Shown here one piece after another: positions 9,113-17,748 of a stretch of DNA of 64,000 nt. The DNA is from Rhodothermales bacterium. GTDB lineage: Bacteria > Bacteroidota > Rhodothermia > Rhodothermales > JANQRZ01. The stretch is taken from NCBI GenBank assembly GCA_965214485.1, contig CBDCBW010000010.1, positions 130,594-194,593 on the forward strand, read 5' to 3'. Made by a program: the position numbers and the translations under genes. Numbering within the stretch: position 1 is the first letter of the stretch; every line of letters starts with the position of its first letter. The notes under the pieces were generated by a model, which was not told the DNA's origin, made no database searches, and saw nothing but the letters and a program-made list of their open reading frames with translations.

Positions 9113-10684
9113 ATGTCTGTTGCACCCCGCCTCCTCGGCCTGCTCACCGCGCTCCTCGTGCTCACTGCTCCGGTCCGCGCGCAGTGGATCAACGAAGTCC
9201 ACTACGACAACACCGGCGGCGACGCGGGCGAGGCCGTCGAGGTCATCCTCCCCGAGAGCGCCGACCCCGCCGCCTTCGACCTCTACCTCTACAACGGCAA
9301 CGGCGGCGCGGTCTACACCGGCCCGCTCAACCTCGCAGGCTCCTTCACCGAGGGCGACACGGAGAATGGCTTCACGGTCTACTCGCGCGCCGTCGTGGTG
9401 CAGAACGGAGACCCGGACGGCCTCGCCCTGGCCGAGAACGGCGTGCTCGTCCCCGGCCAGTTCCTCTCCTACGAGGGCACCTTCACGGCCGTCGGCGGGC
9501 CGGCGGACGGCGCGACCTCGACCGACATCGGCGTGACCGAAGATGGGGACACACCCGTCGGGGCCTCGCTTCAACTTGGCGGGACAGGGTCGGCCTACGA
9601 GGACTTCTCGTGGCAGACCTCAGCAGACGACTCCTTCGGCAGCGTCAACGACGGGCAGACGCTGTCAATGCCCCTCCTGGCGCAGCTTCAAATCATCCAC
9701 AACGCGCCCGACCCGGCCTTCGCCGAGGTGGACGTCTATGTCAACGGCGACCTGCTCGAGGACGACCTCGCCTTCCGCAGCGCGACGCCGTTCCTCGGCG
9801 TCGCAGCGGACACCGAGCTGGAGGTCGCCGTTGCGCCCGGCACGTCGAGCAGCGCCGCCGACGCCATCTTCACCCAGACCTATGCCCTCGACGACGAGCT
9901 GAGCTACCAGCTCGTCGCCACCGGCGTCGGCGACGGCGACTTCGAGGCGAACCCCGACGGCAACGACATCGCCTTCACCCTCCTCGTCAACCCCGACGCC
10001 CGCCTCTTCTCGCCTACCCCCGACTCGACGCCGGACTTCAACTTCGTCCACGGCACGCCGGACGCCCCGGCCATCGACGTCCGCACCGGGGCGACGCAGG
10101 ACATCATCATCTACAACGATGTCGCCTTCGGCGAGCTCGCCCCCTACCAGCCCATCGCCGCTGAGCCGCAGACGATCGAGGTCACCACCGCCGACGGCAC
10201 CGCGAGCGTGGCGATGTTCGAGCTCGACCTCTCGGGCCGGCCCGAGGCTGCCGGGACGATCCTCGCCTCGGGCTTCCTCACGCCGGACAACGAGGACGAC
10301 GCCAACGGCACCCCGCCGGCCTTCGGCCTGCTCGTCGTCTTCGCCGACGGCTCCGAGACCTTCGCCGAGCCCCTCTCGGTTTCGAACGAGGGCGGCGCGG
10401 CGCTGCCGACGGCCTTTGCGCTGCGCGGCAGCTACCCCAACCCGTCGGCGACGCGGACGACGATCGCCTTCGACCTCCCCGCCGACGCCTCGGTCGGCCT
10501 CGACCTCTTCGATGTGCTCGGACGCCGGGTGCTGAGCCGCGCCCCGGAGCCGGTCGCAGCCGGCGCGGACCGGCGGCTGGCGGTCGAGGCGGCGCTGCCG
10601 AGCGGGGTCTACGTCTTCCGTCTGACGGCGGAGACGGCGGGCGGGCGGCTCGTCGAGAGCGGTCGGATGACGGTGGTGCGCTAG
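9113..10684 (+). CDS. Secreted T9SS-sorted protein, lamin-tail-like N-domain + DUF4397-like repeats
   Basis: Start at the ATG at 9113 gives a signal peptide MSVAPRLLGLLTALLVLTAPVRAQ. WINEVHYDNTGGDAGEAVEV resembles LTD domains. LQIIHNAPDPAFAEVDVYVNGD resembles DUF4397. The C-terminus has YPNPSATRTTIAFDL...GVYVFRL (T9SS CTD). Confidence 0.7.
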   Translation: MSVAPRLLGLLTALLVLTAPVRAQWINEVHYDNTGGDAGEAVEVILPESADPAAFDLYLYNGNGGAVYTGPLNLAGSFTEGDTENGFTVYSRAVVVQNGDPDGLALAENGVLVPGQFLSYEGTFTAVGGPADGATSTDIGVTEDGDTPVGASLQLGGTGSAYEDFSWQTSADDSFGSVNDGQTLSMPLLAQLQIIHNAPDPAFAEVDVYVNGDLLEDDLAFRSATPFLGVAADTELEVAVAPGTSSSAADAIFTQTYALDDELSYQLVATGVGDGDFEANPDGNDIAFTLLVNPDARLFSPTPDSTPDFNFVHGTPDAPAIDVRTGATQDIIIYNDVAFGELAPYQPIAAEPQTIEVTTADGTASVAMFELDLSGRPEAAGTILASGFLTPDNEDDANGTPPAFGLLVVFADGSETFAEPLSVSNEGGAALPTAFALRGSYPNPSATRTTIAFDLPADASVGLDLFDVLGRRVLSRAPEPVAAGADRRLAVEAALPSGVYVFRLTAETAGGRLVESGRMTVVR

Positions 10685-10709
10685 CTCCGACGGTGGTGCG
10701 CTAGCTCCG
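10670..10709 (+). repeat. 20-bp tandem duplication spanning the stop codon
   Basis: acggtggtgcgctagctccg is present twice in tandem (10670-10689 and 10690-10709). This duplicates the last four codons plus the TAG. Confidence 0.85.
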
Positions 10710-10726
10710 GAGGTCGGTCGGGACGA

Positions 10727-10758
10727 GCGCGGGCGGGGCCGATGTGCCCCGCCCGCGC
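10727..10758 (+). terminator. Strong GC hairpin, probable terminator
   Basis: gcgcgggcggggc / cgatgt loop / gccccgcccgcgc forms a 13-bp perfect stem, followed by ctgtgtttc. An almost identical copy lies at 13062-13093. Confidence 0.6.
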
Positions 10759-10859
10759 CTGTGTTTCGCCCGGCTCTACGCCTCCACATGTTTGCGAACC
10801 GGAGGCATTCCCTCTATCTTTGCCTCCTCTCCTGTTGTCTCTTTCTGAAACTCTATGTC

Positions 10860-12857
10860 ATGCGTATTCTTTTTTCGTTTAGCCTGCTTCTAGCCGTCAG
10901 CCCTGAGGTCCTCGGCCAAAGCGTCCGGATCAACGAGCTTCGCACCGGGCTGGTGGGGACCATCGGTGTCCAGGAGTACGTCGAGTTGGCGGGCCCGCCG
11001 GGCACCTCGCTCGACGGGCTGAGCTACCTCGTGATCGGGGACTCGCCCGAGGGCCGGAGCGGCGTCGTCGAGCATGTTACCACAGGGGGCGCGGGGACGA
11101 CTCTGCCGGACGACGGCCTCTTCGTGATCGGGGAGGGCCTGAGGCCCGGGCTGTCCGACGTGGAGGCACTGCTCAACTTCGAGGACCACGACAACGTCAC
11201 CCACCTCCTCGTGCGCGGCTTCACCGGCACCAACGGCGACGACCTCGACCTTGACGACGACGGCACGCTCGACGTGACACCGTGGGCCGAGGTGCTCGAT
11301 GCGGTCGGGCTCGAGGAGAGCACCACGATTGGCGACCCGGTCTATGCCGGGCAACTCGGCGGCCCGGTCGTCTCGCTGGTCACGCCCGGCCACGCGTGGC
11401 GCGACGGGGAGACGAGTGAGTGGCGAACCGGGTACGAGGGTCAGACCTTCGCCGAGGACACGCCGGGGGCGGCGAACAGCACGCTCGTCGGAGTTCCGCC
11501 CGTCTTCTCTCTGGCGAGCAGTCGCGCCTATGTGCTGGAGGGCGAGACGTTCGAGGTCCCCATCGTTCTCGACTACCCCGACGACCGACCTGACGGGCTT
11601 CCGGTCACCCTTCTCGTCGGCCCTTCGCACTTCCCCGACATTTACGCCGGTCTCTTCTTCGAGCGAACCACGCAGTACCTCACCTTCGACGGGACAGCGG
11701 ACGACGACACACTCGCTGTCCGCTACACGGTCGTGGAGGATGGGATACCGGGGACGAATGGATTGCAAATCTATTCGCTGGGCACCGGAGTTGCCGAAGG
11801 GGAGGCCACGCGGGCACCGGGGTTCGGGTTCGGGGTCTACATCGTCAACCGGGAAGCTCCCAGAAAACCTCGACTCCAACTCGTCCACAACGCCCCCGAC
11901 CCCGTCATGCACACGCTCGACGTGACGCTCACACCCACCGGTGGGAACGAGGCAACCGTCTTCGAGGACCTGGCCTTCCGCTCAGCCACCCGGTTTGCCG
12001 ACATCGACGGCGGGACCTACGAGGTCACGGTCTCCGACAGCGCAGACCCCAGCGTGGTCTACCTCTCGCAAACGGTGACGCTGGAGGCCGCCCGCAAGTA
12101 CCAGCTCACCGTCGCCGGCGTCGCCGACCCGAGCCGGTTCGCGCCGAACCCGGACGGGCAGGACATCTCGGCGCGCGTCCTGGTCAACCCGAACGTACTC
12201 GAACCCTGCTGCTTCGGAATCGAGACCACGTCTGCTGGGTTCACGCATGCCGCGCCCGACGCCCCGGCCATCGACCTTTACAACACCCGCATCGTGCCGG
12301 GCAACAATATCGTGTTTGGCTCCTTTAGCCCGGACTACGACGGCTCCTTTGGTTTCAACGCCGTCTCTGCCGAGACCTCAGAGGGCAGTGTAGACCTCGG
12401 CGGCGTCTCGCTCCCCTTCCAGCCGGACGGGGACTTTCCCTCGATGGTGCAGGCATCGGGCTTTCTCTCGCCCGAGGCTAACCAGAACGGCCCGGCCTTC
12501 GGGCTTATGATCGTCACACCGGGCGGCAGCACGTCGCTCTTCTCGGAGCAGCAGGATGCGGTGCAAACCGCTGCCAGCCTGAACGAGTTCGCCCTCCGTG
12601 GGGCCTATCCCAACCCCTTCGCCACCCGCGCCACGATCGTCTTCGACCTCCCCGCCGACGCCTCGGTCGGCCTCGACCTCTTCGACGTGCTCGGACGCCG
12701 GGTGCTGAGCCGCGCCCCGGAGCCGGTCACAGCCGGCGCGGACCGGCGGCTGGCGGTCGAGGCGGCGCTGCCGAGCGGGGTCTACGTCTTCCGTCTGACG
12801 GCGGAGACGGCGGGCGGGCGGCTCGTCGAGAGCGGTCGGATGACGGTGGTGCGCTAG
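10860..12857 (+). CDS. Secreted T9SS-sorted protein, paralog of 9113-10684 (LTD-like + DUF4397-like)
   Basis: Start at the ATG at 10860 gives the signal MRILFSFSLLLAVSPEVLGQ. INELRTG...YVELAGPPGTSL is LTD-like and LQLVHNAPDPVMHTLDV is DUF4397-like. The last 217 nt differ from the 3' end of 9113-10684 at only 2 positions. Confidence 0.7.
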   Translation: MRILFSFSLLLAVSPEVLGQSVRINELRTGLVGTIGVQEYVELAGPPGTSLDGLSYLVIGDSPEGRSGVVEHVTTGGAGTTLPDDGLFVIGEGLRPGLSDVEALLNFEDHDNVTHLLVRGFTGTNGDDLDLDDDGTLDVTPWAEVLDAVGLEESTTIGDPVYAGQLGGPVVSLVTPGHAWRDGETSEWRTGYEGQTFAEDTPGAANSTLVGVPPVFSLASSRAYVLEGETFEVPIVLDYPDDRPDGLPVTLLVGPSHFPDIYAGLFFERTTQYLTFDGTADDDTLAVRYTVVEDGIPGTNGLQIYSLGTGVAEGEATRAPGFGFGVYIVNREAPRKPRLQLVHNAPDPVMHTLDVTLTPTGGNEATVFEDLAFRSATRFADIDGGTYEVTVSDSADPSVVYLSQTVTLEAARKYQLTVAGVADPSRFAPNPDGQDISARVLVNPNVLEPCCFGIETTSAGFTHAAPDAPAIDLYNTRIVPGNNIVFGSFSPDYDGSFGFNAVSAETSEGSVDLGGVSLPFQPDGDFPSMVQASGFLSPEANQNGPAFGLMIVTPGGSTSLFSEQQDAVQTAASLNEFALRGAYPNPFATRATIVFDLPADASVGLDLFDVLGRRVLSRAPEPVTAGADRRLAVEAALPSGVYVFRLTAETAGGRLVESGRMTVVR

Positions 12858-13061
12858 GCCCCGTCCCGTTAATCCGGGTCCTGGCTCGGCGAGGCCCCTG
12901 AAGGGCCCTGCGGCGTTGTCCTCCTCGCCCGATGCTACGGCATCTGGCTTGTCGGACGCCTGGCCGGGTCCCTCCAGGCGGCCGGGTCCCTCCGGGGTCT
13001 CTCGCTCGCCGACGGACCGACCTACGCGACAGAGCCTAGCTCCGGAGGTCGGTCAGGACGA

Positions 13062-13093
13062 GCGCGGGCGGGGCCGATGCGCCCCGCCCGCGC
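13062..13093 (+). terminator. Second copy of the GC hairpin terminator
   Basis: gcgcgggcggggc cgatgc gccccgcccgcgc, preceded by the same ctagctccggaggtcggtc.ggacga context as at 10701-10726. Confidence 0.55.
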
Positions 13094-13101
13094 TGTGCTT
13101 C

Positions 13102-13195
13102 ATACCCAATCCGTTTGCTCCGCGCACTGCTTCGGCGGCCCCTCCCCCCGGCCCACTGCGTAGGGAGGGAGAGAGAAGTTGGGAGTGCCCGTTCG
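13102..13195. repeat. Dispersed intergenic element, copy B (full length)
   Basis: The first half matches 1509-1560. The second half (cggcccctcccc..gcgtagggag..gtt.ggagtgcccgtt) matches 23732-23781. It contains a CCCTCCC/GGGAGGG inverted repeat. Confidence 0.65.
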
Positions 13196-13349
13196 ACCTG
13201 ATCCATTTCAGCCGGACTTGGGATCAGCCGGTGTCCAGCGGCTCGTGGTCTACCAATTATTTAGCAGACCGCCGCTGCGTGAAATGAGTCGTATGCCATA
13301 TATTGTACTACTCTTCTCGTTTGCGTCCAAGACCTAGCATTACCTAGCC

Positions 13350-13874
13350 ATGCCGAGAGAAAAAGGCGTCATCCGCATCGACTCCGATTCGACGCACGGA
13401 TGGCAGGTCCGCGTATACCGACACGGAAAGACCTACTCCAAGCTTTTCAGTGACCGCAAGTGTGGGGGCAAAGAAGAAGCCTTCCAGGAGGCCGTCGCGT
13501 ACCGCGAGGAACTCCAACAGGACGTGGACGCCATGCCCGAGAGCGAGCCCAAGCGCCGCCCCATCCGCCACAACAAGAACAACGCGACCGGCGTCCTCGG
13601 CGTCTCGCGCACCTTCAAGCGGGACCGCCACGGCCACCGCCACGAGGTCTACGCCGTCTCGTGGAACCCCGCCCCCGGTCAGGCGCGCGGCACGTCCTTC
13701 TCGATCCGCAAATACGGCGAGGCGACGGCCTTCAAGATGGCCTGCAAGCTGCGCTATCAGAAGATGAAGGACATCTACGGCGACCGCTACCCGGTGACCT
13801 CGTACCAGGAGCTCTACGACCAGGGCAAGGGCCACCTCGGGCAGAGTGAACGCGCCGCCGACGAGAAACCCTAG
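13350..13874 (+). CDS. Tandem AP2-domain DNA-binding protein
   Basis: 174 aa with two AP2-like units: THGWQVRVYRHGKTYSKLFS...EEAFQEAVAYREEL and TGVLGVSR...YAVSWNPAPGQARGTSFSIRKYGEATAFKMACKLRY. An AT-richer promoter-like region lies upstream. Confidence 0.6.
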   Translation: MPREKGVIRIDSDSTHGWQVRVYRHGKTYSKLFSDRKCGGKEEAFQEAVAYREELQQDVDAMPESEPKRRPIRHNKNNATGVLGVSRTFKRDRHGHRHEVYAVSWNPAPGQARGTSFSIRKYGEATAFKMACKLRYQKMKDIYGDRYPVTSYQELYDQGKGHLGQSERAADEKP

Positions 13875-13903
13875 AAGAAGAGCACCCGGAAAAAGCAGCG
13901 CGC

Positions 13904-14428
13904 CTAACCGACGCCGGGCTCGCCCTCCAGCCTGAGCGCTTCGACCACCCCCTGGACGACGGCCTCCAGGCTCCCTTCGGCAGAGACCCGGGTGGCCTCC
14001 CCCGATGCCGGGGGCTCGAGCGCCCTCACCTGGCTCGCTAGCAGGTCCGGCTCGGCGAAGTGACCTCGGCGGGCTGCAAGCCGCTCGGCGATGACGGCGC
14101 GAGGGGCATCGAGCCAAACGACCGCGACGCGGGAATCGCCCCGGCCTAGCTGCGCGCGGTACGACGCCTTGAGGGCCGAGCACGCGAGCACGGCCGGAGC
14201 CTCTTCCGCGAGGCGCTTTTCGATGAGGGAGCGAATGGCCCGGAGCCACGGCTCCCGGTCGGCGTCGCTCAGCCCTTCGCCCCGGTGCATCTTCGCCACG
14301 TTCGCCGGCGGGTGGAGGTCGTCGGCGTCGAAAAATCGCCATCCGAGGTGCTCGGCCACACGCCGCCCGACGGCTGTCTTGCCGACGCCGGAGACGCCCA
14401 TCAGCACGAGGAGGGTAGGAGAGGGCAT
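13904..14428 (-). CDS. gntK: Gluconokinase (GntK/IdnK family)
   Basis: P-loop LMGVSGVGKTAVG, then FFDADDLHPPANVAKMHRGEGLSDADREPWL and CSALKASYR. Start set at the ATG at 14428 (MPSPTLLVLMG); the track ORF begins 34 codons earlier. Confidence 0.75.
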   Translation of the reverse strand: MPSPTLLVLMGVSGVGKTAVGRRVAEHLGWRFFDADDLHPPANVAKMHRGEGLSDADREPWLRAIRSLIEKRLAEEAPAVLACSALKASYRAQLGRGDSRVAVVWLDAPRAVIAERLAARRGHFAEPDLLASQVRALEPPASGEATRVSAEGSLEAVVQGVVEALRLEGEPGVG

Positions 14429-14552
14429 CGGGCCGAGGTCGACGTGGAGGTCGGCCAGAATACCACGTAACGCCCCCGCATAACCCCGAGCAGACCGAGC
14501 ATCGCTTATTATCTTCAGGGCGTGCCTCACCTCTCACCTTCCCCTCTGCATC

Positions 14553-15404
14553 ATGGCCTCCCCTAACCCCGCGTCTCACGGCCTGCAGGACGCCGCCGAG
14601 TCCGATACCGTCGAGAAAATCGCCCGGCTCGGGTACGCGGTCAAAGGCGTGCTCTACTTTGTGATCGGGGTGCTCGCGGTGATGGCGGCCTTCGGCGGGG
14701 GCGGCAAGACGGCGGGCTCGCGCGGCGCGATCAGAACGCTCTCCGAGGCGCCGTTCGGCCAGGTGCTGCTTTGGGTCGTCGCCGCCGGGCTGGCGGCCTA
14801 TGCGCTCTGGCGCTTCGTCCAGTGCTTCCTCGACCCCGACGACAAAGGCTCCGACGCGGGGGGCATCGTCAAGCGGATCGGGTACTTCGCCAGCGGCCTG
14901 CTCCACGCCGGGCTGACGGTCTGGCTCGTCCAGGCGCTCCTCAGCGGCGGCGGACCCAGCGGCGGCTCGGGCAGCGGCTCCGGCGGTGCCCAGGACTGGA
15001 CGGCGACGCTGATGCAGCAGCCGTTCGGGCGCTGGATCGTCGGGCTCGGCGGCCTCGCCGTGATCGGGTACGGGCTGTACCAGCTTTACAAGGCCGCCAC
15101 CGTAGACTTCTCCGACAAGTTCAAGACCGAGGAGATGAGCGAGGCGGAGCGGAAGGCGGCGCGGGTCGCCGGACAGACCGGGCTGGGCGCGCGCGGGGTC
15201 GTCTTCGGGCTGGTCGGCGGGTTCGTCCTCTACGCGGCGCTGAGCGCGGACCCGAGCGAGGCGCGCGGGCTGGGCGGCGCGCTCGACACGCTCGCCGCGC
15301 AGCCGTTCGGGCCGTGGCTCCTCGGGGCCGTCGCCCTCGGGCTGGCGGCCTACGGGGTCTACTGCTGGATCAACGCCCGCTACCGCGAGATTCCGAGCGC
15401 CTAG
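14553..15404 (+). CDS. DUF1206-like integral membrane protein
   Basis: 283 aa with three repeats of a paired-helix unit (ARLGYAVKGVLYFVIGVLAV...; RIGYFASGLLHAGLTVWL...; ARGVVFGLVGGFVLYAAL...), as in DUF1206 proteins. Confidence 0.55.
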   Translation: MASPNPASHGLQDAAESDTVEKIARLGYAVKGVLYFVIGVLAVMAAFGGGGKTAGSRGAIRTLSEAPFGQVLLWVVAAGLAAYALWRFVQCFLDPDDKGSDAGGIVKRIGYFASGLLHAGLTVWLVQALLSGGGPSGGSGSGSGGAQDWTATLMQQPFGRWIVGLGGLAVIGYGLYQLYKAATVDFSDKFKTEEMSEAERKAARVAGQTGLGARGVVFGLVGGFVLYAALSADPSEARGLGGALDTLAAQPFGPWLLGAVALGLAAYGVYCWINARYREIPSA

Positions 15405-15473
15405 GCGCACCGTTCAGTCGGGCCTTTCCACGGGGCATCGTTCGGGGCCCCCAATGCTGAGCCAACTCGTAAA

Positions 15474-16110
15474 GTGGCGGTCATGATGACTCCGAGTAGA
15501 AGGCGCGCGCTCAGCCTGACCGTCCTCGTCTTGGGTCTCGGCGCCTTCGGCCTGACGGGGCTGCGGAGCAGTTGGGAGACGGGCCACCGACGTGTCCCGG
15601 CGGGCGATTTTGCAACGTACTACTACGCGTTCGAGGCGGCGGCCAGTGGCGGGGACCCGTACGACACGGACGAGCTCCGCCGTTTGGCGCGTGAAGACGG
15701 GGTCCGGCGCGGGGTGCCAGGCTCGTGCTCCTCGGGCTGCTTGGGGCGCTGGCCGTGATGGCCGCCCCCAGGCGCGACGCGCTGGGGGGCGCTTGCCTGT
15801 GGGGACGTTCACGGCCGTGATGGTGCTCACGCCGGTCTAAGCCTACGAGCACCACCTCGTCAACTTCCTTCTGCCTATCGCCGGCGTTGCGACGGCGCTG
15901 TGCGCCCGACGCCTGCCGTGGTGGAGCGCCTCCCTCTTCCTCGTGGCCTACGCGGCGCTCGCCATGCCGCTCGACGCCCTGCGCGCGGCAGCGGAGGGCT
16001 TCCCCGGGGCTACCTGGTGGATCCAAGAGTCTAAGTTCTTCGGCGCCGTGCTGATGGGGGCCTTAGCCGCGTGGGCCTGCGCACGCAGTCCGGTCGAAGG
16101 CGAGGGGTGA
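15474..16110 (+). pseudogene. Degraded GT87/DUF2029-like membrane glycosyltransferase remnant
   Basis: The N-terminal piece (frame 0) has GDFATYYYAFEAAASGGDPYD, typical of GT87. Reading continues only after a frame change (LVLLGLLGALAVMAAP...). An in-frame TAA at 15838-15840 then precedes AYEHHLVNFLLPIAGV...stop at 16110. The total is about 210 codons, whereas such enzymes are usually over 400 aa. Confidence 0.4.
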
Positions 16111-16184
16111 GCGCAGCGGCCGGCCTCCGGGCCGGCTGAGGGGGGATACGCCTGGGAGAACGGCGACTCGGGGGCCGCGCCGCG

Positions 16185-17693
16185 CTAGGCATCGTCCGAC
16201 GATGCCTGCGACCGGGACGGCGCGCCGTCGCCGGACTTCGGCGGGACGAGGCGCGGCGGCTCGCCCTGCGTGCCGCCGCCGGTGAGGCGCTTGGCGAGGG
16301 CGTTGAGGTCCACGCCGGCGACGGTGCCGAGCATCTCGTTCGACGACGCCATGAGCTCGGTGACGTAGCCCGCGACGCGGCCCGCGCCCTGCCCTGAGCC
16401 GGTGTCGACGACCGAGATTTTGTCGATGCTCGCCAGCGGCGCGGCGACGCGGCCGGCGAACTCGGGAAGCATCGTCGCGATGATGTCGAGCACGGCGGCC
16501 TCGCCGTACTTCTCGAACGCCTCGGCGAGCTTCTCCTTGGCTTCGGCTTCGGCGAGGCCTTTGGCGCGGATCACGTCGGCTTCGGCGGAGCCCTCGGCGC
16601 GCGTGCCCTCGGCGCGGGCCTTGGCCTCGGCTTCGATGGCGAACTGCTGGGCCTCGGCCTCGCGGATGCGCTGGCTCTTGGCGGCCTCGGCGGCCTGCTC
16701 GACGCGGTAGCGCTCGGCGTCGGCCTTCTTCTTGACCTCGGCGTCGTACTCGCGCTCGCGGCGCTCGATCTCGAGCGTTTCGAGCTCGACCTCACGCTGC
16801 TTGCGGACGAGCTCGACCTGCATCTGCTCCTCGACGACCTGGCGCTGGCTCGAGGCCTCCTGCACGGCGTAGGCGAGGTCGGCCGAGGCGCTCGCCGTGT
16901 CCTGCTCCTGCTTGAAGGCGGCGATCTTGAGCTCCTTCGACTTCGTCGCCTCGGCGACGTTCGTGTCGCGGATGAGTTCGGCCTTCTGGGCGTTCTCGTC
17001 GGCCTCGGCCTTCTTGATCCGGGAGTCGCGCATCGCCTCGGCCTCGGCGATGTCGGCGTCGCGCTTGACGGCGGCGATGCGCGGGCGGCCGAGCGCCTCG
17101 AGGTAGCCGTTCTTGTCGCGGACGTCCTTGATCGTGAAGCTGACGATCTGGAGCCCCATCTTCTTCAAGTCGCGTGCGGCGACCTCCTGGACCTCCTGCG
17201 CGAACTTGTCGCGGTTGCGGTAGACCTCCTCGACGGTGAGCGTCCCGAGGATGGCGCGGAGGTGGCCTTCGAGGACCTCGCGGGCCTCGGCCTGGAGCAT
17301 CTCGTCGGGCTTGCCGAGGTACTGCTCCGCGGCGGTCGCCACGTCCTCGACCGAGGAGCCGACTTTGATGACCGCCACGCCGTCGGTCATCACCGGGACG
17401 CCCTGGACGGTGTAGACCTCGGGCGTCATCACGTCGAGCTTGTGCGAGAGCAGCGAGAGCCGCTCCTGCTGCTGGACGATGGGCATGATGAACGCCCCGC
17501 CGCCGCGGACGATTTTGACCTTGCGCCCGGACTCGTCGGTGAGGACGTTCTTGCCGCCCATCGCCGAGCCGGTGATGATCATGGCCTCGTCCGGGCTGAC
17601 GGTTTTGTAGCGCGACGCGAGGATCGTCACGAGCAGGACGAGGACGACGATCGGGATGATGATCGCAAGCAGGGTCGGGTCGAGGAGTTCCAT
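16185..17693 (-). CDS. Flotillin / SPFH (band 7) domain protein
   Basis: 502 aa with an N-terminal TM segment, an SPFH domain, and a long EA-rich coiled-coil (AEAEAMRDSRIKKAEADENAQKAE...) typical of flotillin FloT/YqiK. Confidence 0.8.
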   Translation of the reverse strand: MELLDPTLLAIIIPIVVLVLLVTILASRYKTVSPDEAMIITGSAMGGKNVLTDESGRKVKIVRGGGAFIMPIVQQQERLSLLSHKLDVMTPEVYTVQGVPVMTDGVAVIKVGSSVEDVATAAEQYLGKPDEMLQAEAREVLEGHLRAILGTLTVEEVYRNRDKFAQEVQEVAARDLKKMGLQIVSFTIKDVRDKNGYLEALGRPRIAAVKRDADIAEAEAMRDSRIKKAEADENAQKAELIRDTNVAEATKSKELKIAAFKQEQDTASASADLAYAVQEASSQRQVVEEQMQVELVRKQREVELETLEIERREREYDAEVKKKADAERYRVEQAAEAAKSQRIREAEAQQFAIEAEAKARAEGTRAEGSAEADVIRAKGLAEAEAKEKLAEAFEKYGEAAVLDIIATMLPEFAGRVAAPLASIDKISVVDTGSGQGAGRVAGYVTELMASSNEMLGTVAGVDLNALAKRLTGGGTQGEPPRLVPPKSGDGAPSRSQASSDDA

Positions 17694-17748
17694 AGCCGGT
17701 TCCGGTTAGGTGAGCAGGGTCAGGAAAAGCAGAATCGAAAGAGCAGAA

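Noticed and set aside
12858-13035. 178-bp insert after the second T9SS paralog considered as a MITE
   Set aside because: It is flanked by CTAG on both sides, but I could not find terminal inverted repeats. The 4-bp match is too short to call a target-site duplication. An internal ccgggtccctcc direct repeat is the only structure.
13344-15410. 688-aa ORF on the minus strand
   Set aside because: It runs antisense across three well-supported genes (AP2 protein, gluconokinase in another frame, DUF1206 protein). Its sequence is R/P/G/A-rich low complexity with no motifs. It is a typical high-GC shadow ORF.
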